This document shows positions 1 through 12,776 of a stretch of 64,000 nucleotides of DNA, piece by piece (the first letter of the stretch is position 1; each line of letters begins with the position of its first letter). The DNA is taken from positions 280,123-344,122 of the forward strand of contig NMRA01000402.1 in assembly GCA_002633005.1 (NCBI GenBank). The letters are read 5' to 3'. The DNA is from Phoronis australis. Taxonomy: Eukaryota; Animalia; Phoronida. The notes beneath the pieces were generated by a model. That model saw only the letters and a list, made by a program, of their open reading frames with translations. It ran no database searches and was not told the origin of the DNA. Both the position numbers and the translations under genes were made by a program.

Positions 1-526
1 GTAAATTGATAGCGCTTTTGCCACTCATGTGAACCTAGTATTAGTCGTCACCTATTACGCAGAGTGAACAATACTACAGGAAATAAAACAGGACTACTAA
101 AAGTACTATGCAAGTGCTGAAGCGGTAGTAATTCGTTAATTTTGTAAACTTGGTCATGAGATGCAAATGATGTTTTGAAACAGTCTACTTTCTTAAAAAA
201 GAGAGATTCATAGAATCAAAACAATGCGTGGTACGCAAGATTTTACGCACCATAAGAGGTGCGAAAATTGGTGTGGGAATTAGAACTGAACTAAACATCG
301 CTTTCAGGCTTTGCTAATCTGAAAACGACACTGAGCAATGCGTTTAAGTATACGTGTACGTCACGAAAGCTTAGAGTGTCAAGAGATCGTCCATTCCTTG
401 AAAACAGTACAGAAGTTACAATATGACTATTACATTGTAGGAATTAAAAGAAACATTGTGTCCCCGCAATTACATAAAATGAAGTGTTGCCATTAGTGTT
501 CTACAAGCGTGCCAGTGTGACCTCAC

Positions 527-2143
527 CTCTCTTCACCGCCCATGAGCCGTAGTGGCACGTGTTGTGGGGACAGGCGAGCGCACACCATGCGCAAGCCAAG
601 CTGTGCACGGTCGTCAGAAGTATGATGGCATATTTGCACAGGCGTACCAGCAGAACACTGTAACATTAACACTCGATCAGAGATTAATATGCAATAGTGA
701 GAATCTAAAAGAACCATAAAAACATCACATCAGCTTTCATAGAGTGGAAGACGCCACCAAAAACAAGATGGCACTTTTGGCATTCTTGTTTCTCGTAAAA
801 CGTAGCAAGATGTCAATTACACGAGTCATTCTAATTGTTTTTGATCCGTGCAGTAATAATTGTGATGGAGTCCATTCATATACAACTATCAAGCAGTGCG
901 ACTGGTTTGAGCTCCGGACTCCCGTTTGCGAGACCCGGGTTCGAATCCTGACCTTACCGGCAGGCAATCCACCATTGCTCAAAGGTGACTTCGTTCTCCT
1001 CCGCTGTGCAAAAAAATGAAATAAACTAGTATCCAACCATATCTCTACGTGCACGTGCTGTAGGTGTATGCTGCACTTGACCATGTTTTCGACGCTCTTT
1101 CCCTTTCTGAGTGCACTTGCACTGGTGGAAGTATGACGTCGCAAGGAGGCAGGGGATTACTATCGAAGCATAAGTCAGCCAAAGCCGTAGAAACACCATG
1201 CAGATGGAGGTTTTCGTTTGGGGGCGTCAAGAAGAGGGCACTGAATCAGAGTGTCATCTTCACTGTAAATTTGCACGCGCTTTATACCTTGCTCAAGGTT
1301 TGTCAATCTTGAATTCCGATTTGCTAGCGGAGGAAGTCCCGTATCGCAACTGGAACACCTTCTGTTCAAACTTTTCTAATACACAAACTACTCACTATAT
1401 CGTTATTCTCACCTAACATTTGTAAAAGAGGTTCAGCTTGAAAAGACTGGAACTTGAATAAGCCGGCCTATTGTAAGCCAGTAGAGCAGGTACTCACTTA
1501 ATGTTCAGTTCGCTTTCCCATTCTTTCATATACTCTATGCAGCGCACAACTCGCAGCACGCGGTTCAATCGAAGATAGGTGAATGCATCCGCCGCTGTTA
1601 GCTTATCGGAGATGAACACAGATATGAATTCTAACGGAAATTCCTTCACCAAGTCCACCATCAGTCCAGTGCGTGAGTACAAATATCGCCGATAGACGGC
1701 GGTGAAGTCTCTGCAAGACATGCCTGAGCTGTCCTGGAAACTCACGTGAAATCGTATGTATATCTACAAACAACATGTTTTAATGTTACAAACAAAACAG
1801 GACTCAAATCTTTTGCTTTCGTGGACAGGGCTCCATGTAGAACTACTTTAACACGTACGGGTACTTGTACTGACAAATGTCCACAATTTGAATTTGACAA
1901 CCGAAACATAAAACAACAGATGCTTGATTTTATTTCTTTCACTTCTCTTAATTCAAACTTTTGATAACTACACCAGGCAGCCTGTTCTTTCAGGAAACTA
2001 CAATAATTAAACAGCAAATCTCTACTGCAGCGGCCAATTCTCAGCCGGTCAATAATTTTCCTTACCTCGAAACCAAAGAATACACAGGTGATGTAAAACA
2101 ACACCAGGTGTAAAGGATCTTCGTTGCCTGCAGCAAATGTACT
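527..2143 (-). CDS. Cyclic-nucleotide-binding-domain family cation channel (CNG/HCN/KCNH/CNGK-like), partial: three internal exons
   Basis: Minus-strand exons 2143-2066 (STFAAGNEDPLHLVLFYITCVFFGFE), 1763-1498 (IYIRFHVSFQDSSGMSCRDFTAVYRRYLYSRTGLMVDLVKEFPLEF...YLRLNRVLRVVRCIEYMKEWESELNI) and 657-527 (N-VLLVRLCKYAIILLTTVHSLACAWCALACPHNTCHYGSWAVKR) join in frame over GT-AG introns (phases 0 and 2). The S2-S3 linker, S3 D..P, S4 RLNRVLR and S5 H..AC.W motifs fit this superfamily. The gene continues off the left edge; upstream exons not located. Confidence 0.85.
890..952 (+). repeat. Decayed tRNA-derived SINE head or tRNA pseudogene
   Basis: B-box GGTTCGAATCC at 938-948 with an A-box-like segment upstream; no intact cloverleaf. 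Confidence 0.45.
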
Positions 2144-3789
2144 CTGAAAAAACACGATGTTTCTTTATGTATGACTTTGGGTAAGTACATATTATGTCCA
2201 CCAAGATCGTGTTTCAGTTTACGTCAAGTGCGACACGAGAAGTCAAGGAATCATGCCGATTACAACTGGTGGGATTTCATCTGCAGCACTGCTCTATTTT
2301 TCAAATTCATTGTGGGACGACTCGCGTCGTAAACATCGGGTAAAAACACAGGTAACTTTGAGACACGTGACCTCAATGGAGAGCCTTCCGCAGACTCAGT
2401 TAATTGCGCAAGACCTCGCGACTGAAAAGTGGGTGTAGGCTAGGGAGCTTACAAGCGTATCCTAGCAAAACGACAGTCAACGTAGAATTTGTTTGTTGAA
2501 TTGTATAGGCCTCGGGTCGTACACTATGGGCCGTACAGATCACGGAAGGCACACTAATGTGGCCATTTTGGAGGGGCAATTTTCTTTGGTGTTTTCGATA
2601 TCACGAAACCTTGCTCCATGTCTCCAGGTTTGAAGTTGCACATTCCATAATATTGAGTTAATTCTGCAAACCCGACCCGTGATGAAAAACCTTTAAAGCA
2701 GGGGCGACACTGGAGTGATACTAGAAGTATTTCCTTAGGTTGCATTAACTCGTAAAACAAGAGCATTTTTTATTTTTTCACATTAAAATGCACCTTAAAA
2801 CAGACTGCACCTGGTGCTGAAATTCTGAAGTACCGTTCCAAGCTTTTCATTACTGTTACTGAAGATGTAAACAGAAATGCGCTGCCTAACTGATAATGTT
2901 GCCAGTTAGTTCTATAACACATTTGCAAACCTTGTGAAGCACTTGTTTTCTCCCCCAAGAACCATTCAACTAAAAAAGATGGCAATAAAAATTCACCATG
3001 ATATAGACTGAATCCATTAATTCCCTCCAAAACCGAAGATGGTCGCCTGAGTACAAGACATTTAACTTCCGTTTAACTTTTTTGTTACTCTACGCGTCCC
3101 ATCCCGACAGCATAGGCCATCTACGGTGAAAATAACACCTCGTTCCTAATCACAAAGTGAACCTTTTGTTAAGCTGCTGCACAAGTAAACCTAACCTCTT
3201 ATCAAAAACTAAAACTTTTGATTTAAACTTCCCACGTACCATTACGCAAACGGGATCGTGATCCTAATACGAAAATCGACAGAAGGGTTTTCATACATGT
3301 ACACGTTTTTATTCTCTATTAGCCAAACGCTCCCAGTACTTTTTCAAGCCCAGTGGGTTAAACTGAAGCTGGAGTTTAGGGACAAACATCTGCAAAAGGG
3401 ATACATTTTCTTGGAACTTCCAACCAAAGGGTGCTTTTTGAGTTCCGTGCCTAAATGGGTGGGTATTCTCACAGTAAGAGAGGGCCCATTCGGAATACCT
3501 CAGAAATTTTCGGCAAATGTAATAACTTCGAGAATGACGCATACGTGTTCACCTGTGATAGATACCCTAGTAATTAAATGTTTTCGTTGGCCGAGTGAAC
3601 TTTTGTCATATTGCCAATCATTCTTCCGCCTGAAAGTCACATGACTTTCCGTATGATTGTAAATCTGCACACGCCCTAGTTGCATGCACCTCAGCGGATA
3701 AATTCGAGGCTACAAAAATTGTCAAGATGACTTAAACCACAACCTCACGATCCGTACGGTTGACCCACATCAATGCCACAGGATCCAAC

Positions 3790-4553
3790 GGATTGTTCTA
3801 AAACCCACGATCCCCTGGACCGCAACAACCCACGACACCCTCGACAAAGTCTACACAAGCTCGACTCGATCTGAACATAGAACAAGCGCTGGCTTGCAGG
3901 ACGAACGAGTCGGGCACTGAGCTCGGCTGGCTTTTCCTTGTTTTTTTTTTTTGCAATTAAGAGAGTCAACGCGACCAAATCAAATCCAAGACTTACCAAC
4001 GTTACGAATGATAGAGTGTAATCGTATGGTCTGCTCCTCAGGGAAAGGCAGATTCAAGCTTTTTGGGAGAGTTCGAGGAACCGCCGAATATGTAAATTCT
4101 TCAGTAAATACAGTTTGACAAAACAAATTGTTAACTAAAAACTATCCCAATCTTATATGGAGTATATTGTAAATGAGTATACAACAGAAATCAAATAATA
4201 AAAAACGTGAAATTATGTACATTCACGTTAACGTACTCTCCCTAAGTTTATATAGTAGAACAGGGCCATTGCTAACTGCTCGAGGAACTATTTCCGTGAC
4301 AACGATAGCGCGCTCACAATTCGCTATTTCAGACCACGTTCTTACGCCACTTTCTGTTTTTAACCACCAGACCTGAGCCAGAGCAGATTCGAGCGTAGGA
4401 AAGTCATTCAGCGGCGCAATATGACCATGAACTGTGTAAAAAGCGCAAACATACACCTAATCTCAAAAGTAGTGGGTCGAGGGGGTCGTGGGTGGGGGGT
4501 CGTGGATCTAGGGGGTCGTGGGGTGTGGGGTCAAGGGGATTTTAGAGCCATCC
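3790..4553. mobile_element. Probable non-autonomous DNA transposon with inverted ends
   Basis: Left end GGATTGTTCTAAAACCCACGA...CCCACGACACCCTCGAC is mirrored by right end GTCGAGGGGGTCGTGGG...TTTTAGAGCCATCC; the CCACGA/TCGTGG motif is repeated near both ends. Confidence 0.5.
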
Positions 4554-5049
4554 GGATCAAACCTTGTGACAGAACTGAAAAGTGGGAAATAGTTTAAGGT
4601 GACCGAGGCTAGTTCAAAAATTGTGGCGACCAGATGAGGGTTGAAAGCTTTGGTGTCCTGGGGAGCGTACTAACAACTTTTGAAGAATATTTACGATGTA
4701 AAATTTACGAATAAATGTACCATATCAGTGATTATGGAAAAAAGTGAACAATCTAATAAAGATAAAGAGTAAGATGCATTGGTACGAAAATATTAAAACA
4801 GCATACCAAAGATTTTGAATTCAGCGGAAGCCCAATAAGCAATTGATCAAATCAGAGGTTGTGTAGACGAGGGCGACATTAACATGTATTTTAAGTTGTC
4901 ATGTAATCTTGTTGAGCACACGGGAGGACAACAAATAAAACAGTCTACTTTGAACAAAATGACCAATTTGAACACGGGTACTCCAGAGAAGTGTATTGAT
5001 GTTGAACATTGCTAACACCGACGTCATATTTTTGTGGAGGGCATTCTCA

Positions 5050-6730
5050 ATAAACATAGGCCTATGACTGTTGATAGTATCAACAACTCGGTTTCACATG
5101 ACAGAATTACACAAACGGAAGTAGTTAGTGCTGTTAAGTAAATACATCTTGGAGATAGTCACTGGCACGGACAGAACTGCCTTGGAATTTTATACATTTG
5201 TACTGGTGCATCTGTTTAACAGTATATTTTATACAGGAGCCTACCCCCACACCATGGGCACTGGGAGTTACGTTCCCTTGGTTTACGTCGAGGTATTGGC
5301 GGGATGATCTGATTAGTGATAGGGCGATATCCTTATTTCAGGTAGCTGGGAAATGTTGCCAAAAATTCTTTGCAATTGCTTTTACAGATGGTCAGGGTCA
5401 AATGACACTTTCCTCCGAAGCTGAGAGAGATTTCAGGAAAATATGCCACGTTTGATAATATCTTTATATCAAATACGTAAATCGATAAACATCCCCATAA
5501 AATCAAGGGTAGATTTTATTATTTTTTCGTGGATTACAGGGAAGCATTTGATTGAACCTGGAGGACTGGCATGAAATGTAAGTTTTTCCAAATATGATCT
5601 AAATGGAAAGATGTATAAATAACATTAGACAATATGTATGAAAGTGTTTAATCAATCACGAGTCGTTAGATAAGTCAGAAACTGTTGCAGACTACATTTC
5701 GGGTAAGATAGGATTGTCAGTCCCCCATTTGATTTACATGATTAATCAAAGATCTAGAAACACTTATTGTAAAGGATCTAATTACTAGTGTCACTATGTT
5801 AAATTTGTATTTTTGTAGATTGCCGACGACTTGACATTATTTGGTGAAACAGCTAAATGATTTTAAAATATGTCAGGAAAATAGCACAAATGTCAAAATT
5901 ATCGATTACTTTGACAAAAAAACAAAGATAACTATGTTCATATACGGAAGCTATCCCAGACAATATGTGGTTTATTGAGGGAAATCCTGTTGAAACCACG
6001 CCATATTATAAGCACCGTGGTATTGAATGTCCGCCTAAAGAAACATGGTTAGGTGCACAAAAAGGTTTGACAGAACAAGCGACGAAGCACCATTTCCTCT
6101 AGAAAAGCACGTGTCAAAATGTGTTGTAGCAGAAAAACGGGGTCAAAATATGGGTGACGATATCGAAGTTATACATAACAAATTTTGTACATTTGTTTTT
6201 CTTTTAAGAAGAAAGATACGCAGCATTCTGGCCAGAGGTGAATTGACATGAGGGCACACGTGTGTAGATTATTAAGAATTATAAAATATTGGATTACACT
6301 TTTGAAATGTTCAGGAAATATGCAAGTTAAAGTGTTCTAGTCTTGTCAATACGAGACGACTGAATTAGGTAAAGACTGTTGGACACTTAATGTTGAAAAC
6401 ATTCTATTTTCGTAATTTTGGAATTGTTTTGTGCTCCCAAGTACTTGGAGATGATGCTGTATTTTAAACGCCGCCATGACATTAACATCAGATGTGGCAG
6501 GTAAGTGTATCATTACTAAATAAATTAAATGTGAATAGATTATTCAAGCCGACTCTCACCTTAGAGCATAGGTTTCAAACCAAAAATGTGCTATTTACAA
6601 AAAAAACACTGGCGCAATTTCGATGCGTTAATCACTTGAGGGTTGAAATGGGACGATACCTTAAAACTTAAAGGCCATGCCTTTGCTGTGAGATGAGAGT
6701 TGTTGACAGAGCGTGCAATTTCTTGTTTAG
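5050..6730 (+). mobile_element. Decayed LINE (CR1/L2-like) reverse-transcriptase remnant
   Basis: Collinear frameshifted RT motifs: ITQTEVVSAVK (~5106), RAISLFQVAGK and LSSEAERDFRK (ORF 5198-5455), FVDYREAFD (5526-5552), IADDLTLFGE (5819-5848), and C-terminal LAQFRCVNHLRVEMGRY (6609-6659). Many stops. Confidence 0.8.
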
Positions 6731-6857
6731 AAAAATAATTACTGGCAGTGTGGTACACGTTGTACCAGATGTGCGCAGGCCACTCAGGTAGGCCCATTGC
6801 ACGGATCGCTTGGAACCACTTTTTGCTTTATTAATATATCAATATATATATGTAAAA

Positions 6858-6860
<3 letters not shown>

Positions 6861-6909
<49 letters not shown>
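6861..6909. repeat. (AT)n microsatellite
   Basis: Uninterrupted AT dinucleotide run. Confidence 0.95.
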
Positions 6910-6910
<1 letters not shown>

Positions 6911-7100
6911 TAAGAGAACTATACAGATCCGGGGCATTTTTATATATGAGACCTTTACTGTGGGGTTGCAAAAAATTGTGGGGTATATATAATGCCCCAC
7001 AATTTCAGACCTATCAGAAACTGTTACTTGGTATGCACAGTGTCTCCACGTGTATTTTCTCAACAACTTGGTTTCATAAGGACATCCTATATATAACTCC

Positions 7101-7540
7101 GATCAGGCCCTCCCAAAAGATGTCACTGTTATTATGAGTGCCCTGCTCCAGACTGCCATATGTGACCTACATTGGTACAGTGTTATGTAATGCCCATTAA
7201 CTTAGTTGACCTTCCACTGAAACAAGCCTCTGAGGTTTTGATTTTAGTGTTATAGAGTTGGAGTTGAACATCCGTTTCAGAGTTTGAGTTGAGACAAGTT
7301 TTACTTCGTTTTATCTGAANCTGATCAGGCCCTCCCAAAAGATGTCACTGTTAATGAGTGCCCTGCTCCAGACAGCCATATGTGACCTACATTGGTACAG
7401 TGTTATGTAATGCCCATTAACTTAGTTGACCTTCCACTGAAACAATCCTCTGAGGTTTTGATTTTAGTGTTATAGAGTTGGAGTTGAACATCCGTTTCAG
7501 AGTTTGAGTTGAGACAAGTTTTACTTCGTTTTATCTGAAA
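7101..7540. other. ~220-bp direct duplication around the n at 7320 (probable assembly/haplotype overlap)
   Basis: 7101-7319 is repeated at about 7323-7540 with a few differences, joined by a single n. Confidence 0.85.
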
Positions 7541-7894
7541 CAAGTATATTTGAGTAGAAGATGGTACATTCAAGATCCAAGTCTATGGTAAGTCTTTCAA
7601 ATTTCTTAATATTTTGATTATTTAAGTTATTGCAAATTCATGTATCAGACTGGCATAATCATGACTAACATGTATTTGGCAGGGTCCTAGAAACTATTTC
7701 TAATGCAGAATATGCGGCCAAATACTCGCATCTGTCCCTCCCAAAAATATTTCAAAATCTAACCACCCCTTTATTATGAGCTGAAGAATCTCTTTTACTA
7801 TAAAAAATTCCAGAGTGGTAGATTTCTTTGCTTTATATCGCTGAGAATAATTGCACTTCGTAAGATTTTCCAGATTCACTGCGATATGGTACCT

Positions 7895-8000
7895 NNNNNN
7901 NNNNNNNNNNNNNNNNNNNNNNNNNNNNNNNNNNNNNNNNNNNNNNNNNNNNNNNNNNNNNNNNNNNNNNNNNNNNNNNNNNNNNNNNNNNNNNNNNNNT
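7895..8000. other. Assembly gap
   Basis: Run of N. Confidence 0.99.
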
Positions 8001-10067
8001 CAAGCACAAACTTTTCCTCAAAAAATGTTTTACACTTCAAACAAGCGTGGAAAATTAGCGACCAAAGGTATGCTGCATTGTTTGCCCAGTTCTTTACATG
8101 TGACTATCTTCTTAATGTACCATGAAACAGTACATGTTTTCACATTGATTCAATGTGAGGGATCTAGTATTAACCTTAGATTTTTTCAACCCTTAAATGA
8201 AGCCTTTGAAATCAGTGACTGAAAACCAAATCTCAAACTTGAAATGGGAAATTCCAGGGTAAAATAATTTCCTGAAGTTATTATGTGTGAGTTGCCGAAA
8301 TATACAGGTTCTCAAATCTGTACTAACTATGTGCCTAGAATGTGTATTCACTAAACATATTTTCTGTTGTCATTAAAAGGACGGCACAAACACAAGACCA
8401 GACCATGTGAAAAACTACCTAAAATATCATTGAATTCTCTTAGCGACTTTGACGTCTGCTTAAAAGACTCAATAATTAAGGGATGGTTGGTCTAAAGGTT
8501 CCGTGGCTCAAATGGTCAATAGTCCGAAGAAGTAAGGAAATTTTATCTTGCGTTACTAACTCGGCAGTTTCCAAGAATAATTTGCAATATTAAACTAAGT
8601 GTTCTTAGCTTGTTCAGGTTATTGTTCGTTGAATGACCACAATTTCAAGAAAGAGAGCTTTGCCTGCTTTACAGAGCTGTACAGAGCTTTACGGAATTTT
8701 GAAAGGTGGAGAATATGATGTAAAATTACCCAAAATCCTGAAGACATTTATTTCTGTAGATTACGGAATAATGTGAAAAAAAACTATTAACTAGTTTTCT
8801 GTTCCGACTATTGACTTTGCGGACTATAGATTCCATTGTTTTCGAACTATAGACCCCTTGGACTATAGACAGCATTTCATTTCTATTGATAATTTTGATT
8901 TTTTTTCAGATGAGAATGTTGTCGATCCATTCAGTTTAAATGACAATGATACAGATGGAGGTAGAATTTGGTGCTTGTTTTCTCAGAGTAGCGAAACATG
9001 CAACTTCACATGGGTGAGCTATGAAGGTGGTGTGAGTTTCAAATAAATAAAGTATTATGGGAAATATACACATAAAGAAGATTCTACAAATTTTTGCAAG
9101 GTTTCTGTAATTTTATTTTTTAAACTCGTGACTGCGAGGTCATAATTTATCACTACTTTGATTTATTACTTTCATAAGGTAACTAGAAGTCATTTTGATT
9201 CTTGTTCCGCTAGTATACAGCCTGTTTTTTTCAGACTTAATCAACTAGAATTATAAAACATTGCACATTTCGTTATTTGCAGCAGTTGGCTTTCCAACAT
9301 ATTTATTGTTAACTAGGTGAACCATTTAATGTAGCAGAACAACTTAAAAACTTTCAAACTCATGTTAATGGAAATTTAGAAGACAGTTTTAAATAAGCCA
9401 AACAAATGACTGCAAATGTAAAGGTGCTGGATATATCACTGCATTTATAATTTGTTTCAGATGAAGAAGTGAGGGAGTGCCGTTCTCGTCACAAGGTGTT
9501 CAGTTCTGCTAAAATAACCAAGAATTTTCTCTGATAGATCGTCTGAAAGGTATTTCATCCAACCTTTTCAGCTATTGTTTCTTTATTGTTTTGTGATGTC
9601 TATATGAGATGGGTTGGTCGATCCTGTATTCCGAAGGACCTTTGATAGTCTGTAGTGCAAAGGAACTTTAGTTCAAAGGATTGTTAGTCTGAAAGTGATT
9701 AAGGTGATGACATTGCATCAGATCTTATAGAAGACTGCACATTTGAGCACAATTAAGAATTATTATGAATGCAAATGTTAAAGTCTTTGTTTTGAAAATG
9801 CAGGGTTCTTTCGGTAATTTTTTCCTGCCATCCTAGCCCTGTAACCTACCAATCGTGGTCATGGTGATACAGTTACCTTACACTTTTTCATGCCTGCTAA
9901 TCAGGTTTATTTCAAAATGTAATGATCAGTGGACCAATCACACCAATAGCTCTTCCGACTAAAGACACTTAAGAAAATCAAAAGGATGCCAAACCCAGTT
10001 TTGACTTATTAAAAGATACAAAAAAGACTTTACTCTCCAGTTTTCTGGAATAAAATAATGGCCGTAA

Positions 10068-10212
10068 CATGGGCGGCGCACCATAGGGGGGGGGGCTGGG
10101 GGGGGCTATAGCCCCACTTTTTCAGTGCTCCGACGCCCATGGTCTATGGGCGTGCACAACAGGGGAGCGGGGGGCTATAAACCCCCATTTTTTCAGTGCG
10201 GCGTTGCCCATG
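10068..10212. mobile_element. Two adjacent ~70-bp MITE-like elements with ATGGGC...GCCCATG ends
   Basis: 10068-10141 and ~10145-10212 share termini and the internal GGGGGCTATA.CCCCA.TTTTTCAGTG; a third, inverted copy lies at 34520-34588. Confidence 0.65.
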
Positions 10213-12161
10213 TGAAACTCTCGACTAGTCTGAAAAGTTCGGAAAAATTTGAAACTATTTGAAAGTCTGCTAATAGGCTAAGCACGACCTACGCCTTGGA
10301 GAATTACACGGCAACTGTGGGAAAAGACCACCCACCAAGGACCAAAATGCGAGATAGGGGCATGAGTTTTTAGTTAATTCCAGCTCTTTCAAGATTGACG
10401 TCAATGATGCATTATCAAATGACAGGACCAGAATTGGTTGAATTCATCAAAACATGGTTTAGTTTCCTTTTTTGTGAAGTCAATTTTTCACAAACAAACA
10501 ACGCACACATTTTTCGTGTTAATACTCTTTAGAATAAAGATCCTTTGGTTTTGAGACCACAAACCTATGAAAAGGAAAGTAGTAATAAGAAAAACACAAC
10601 TTAATTCAGAAGCACAAAAGGCCACTGCTCCTTAAACGTCTTTCCGATTAACTTCCCGTTGGACTATCGACCTGCAGGAATGCTAAAAGGGGACATACGT
10701 AACAGATTTGATCTACAAGGAAATCACAAAAGTATTATTGTTATTATAATTGTTAATGTTATATTATTGTTTGTGTAAAATAGTATATTTTAGTAAGAAT
10801 GTATGATCCATGTCTATGGTCCGAAGCTCCAATGTTAGCTCCAATCCTTAGTCCCACAACAAAAATCGGTCGCTCTAATGTACAAACCTAATAGCTAAAT
10901 ACATACATGTACGCCATGGTGTCAAGTATTTCACCATATTAACGAGAGTTACGCGTAAAGTATAACTAAAGATTCCATTACTAAATACATACATCACAGG
11001 AATGACAGCTTTTGCAATGTGTGCAAGGACACCTGTCAAATGATTAAAGTTCTACACTAAGAAAGTTGTAAAAAGTGTAAGAAAATCTTGAAACTAAGTA
11101 GATACTTCTCCGACCTAAGTTTAGTAAAATATACAGAAAATTCCTGTAAATCCCTAAAATTAACAAAAACTATTTTGTGACTGCTTCCACAATGCATGTA
11201 TTATGAAAAACAACATCCTGCCCAACCTTCGAACTTTTATCATAGCAAAATGTATTGTTTAAAATTTCAATTTTATTTTCAGGTGATACACTGAATAAAT
11301 GTCACTAGTATGAAGTCTGGAAACTTCTAGGTTAAAGGAAAATTGACCAAACTATGCAGTGATGATGAAAGTGATGATGACAATACGACAGACTCCATGA
11401 AGGTGGGAAAAGAGTCATCGGGATGTGTTAGTGACGCTAAAAGTGATGATCACAGGACATTTAATAAGGGCATAGCAAAGTTAAGAGGATCTGCCTTTGA
11501 TAATGAGAATAGCAATGAATATCATAATTATGTTTTTGTGTCTTAAGCTACATAGTGCCACCTCAGTTCCCGAGTCTTCATTGTCACCATCATCACTTCA
11601 ACAACAGCCTTTCAGAGTTTTGTTAATTAGACAATACAGACAAATGACACTGCAGTTTTTGCAGTTTAAACATCTTTAAAAATTACTGCTTTCAGTTATT
11701 GAGAATGGTAATCACTATGTATCAGCATTTTGTATGAAGAAAGCAAACACGATTTAATCTAAAACTATCACATTTTCTTTAATTATATTTGTAGTTGCAA
11801 TTGTGACTAAGATGGTCGGAGTCTGAAATTGTGGTGACTGGAAGCCTGCTAAGATCCGTATGTTGCGCAGGATGAAACTGCTTGTACGTGTATATCACAA
11901 GCATTTTTTCTATGGATGTACATGTATCCTATATTTTTGGTGCCCATCATTTGATTTTAAAGATAATTTGGATATTAGTAGTTCACTATGTGCCAGATCA
12001 ATAAATGATTAGTTTTCATCTGTGAGAGTTTTTATTGGCGAATTATGCAAGAATGTCATCCACGATGGTTTCGAGGTGTTTGTAGAAGAGTATTTGTATC
12101 AAAGGTATCAACATACACCTTAGAGCCTGACAAAGATGGCGTCATCTGCTCACGTTTCAGA

Positions 12162-12356
12162 ATTAGAAAGCGGACAATTTCCGCACATTACTTTCCCTGT
12201 ATCTTTCACTCTCATTTCACTTCATGGATATGACTTGAAGGGTAATCGACACTTGTTGTCCCTCTGTACATATCCTGATGATGTCTTGTTGAATAAGACC
12301 AAACGTTGAGTTATCATGAACTTCTTTATTTGTGCGGCAATTGTCCGTTTTCTAAT
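12162..12356 (+). mobile_element. Penelope-like element terminal (pLTR) fragment with a mutated hammerhead motif
   Basis: Similar to 54138-54292. CTGATGA-T-GTCTT...AAGAC-CAAACGTT at 12275-12307; bounded by an inverted repeat (12162-12187 vs 12331-12356). Confidence 0.6.
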
Positions 12357-12599
12357 CGTACTTTGACCAAGAATGATGTGGTTTCAGAATTATAAACAGA
12401 TCCAAGGATCATTCATTTTTAAGTTTGAAAGTGGTAAAATCTGTTGTGGACCCATACATGTTATTCCAGTGGTCTTTGGAGGAGTGTATTTTTGGCACAT
12501 AAAAGATTAACCGGATGTGACATATACATAGTTGCGGGGCTTGTATATTAGGTGGAAAACGGGGTTATAAAAATACTGGGGCATATATCTANTTAATCC

Positions 12600-12776
12600 G
12601 AATTGGTCGTCTACGCTAGGCGACCAATTAGCCGACCCAAGTGCCGACCACAGAGGCGACTAAGCAGACAGCTCCTAGCCGACCGTTGTTGGTCGGCTGG
12701 TGGTCGGCTAGACGACCGGTCGACGGCCGGTCGTCGACCAATTTCCGACCGGTCGGCCAAAAATTCGTGATGTGTG
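12600..12776. repeat. Dense array of inverted GCCGAC/GTCGGC motifs, probably a DNA-transposon subterminal region
   Basis: Many CGACC/GGTCG motifs in both orientations, ending ...AAAATTCGTGATGTGTG; begins just after the n at 12592. Confidence 0.5.

Noticed and set aside
3309-3390. MFVPKLQLQFNPLGLKKYWERL as the S1 exon of the channel
   Set aside because: It has a good acceptor and a WE motif, but reaches a stop with no donor or hydrophobic S1 helix.
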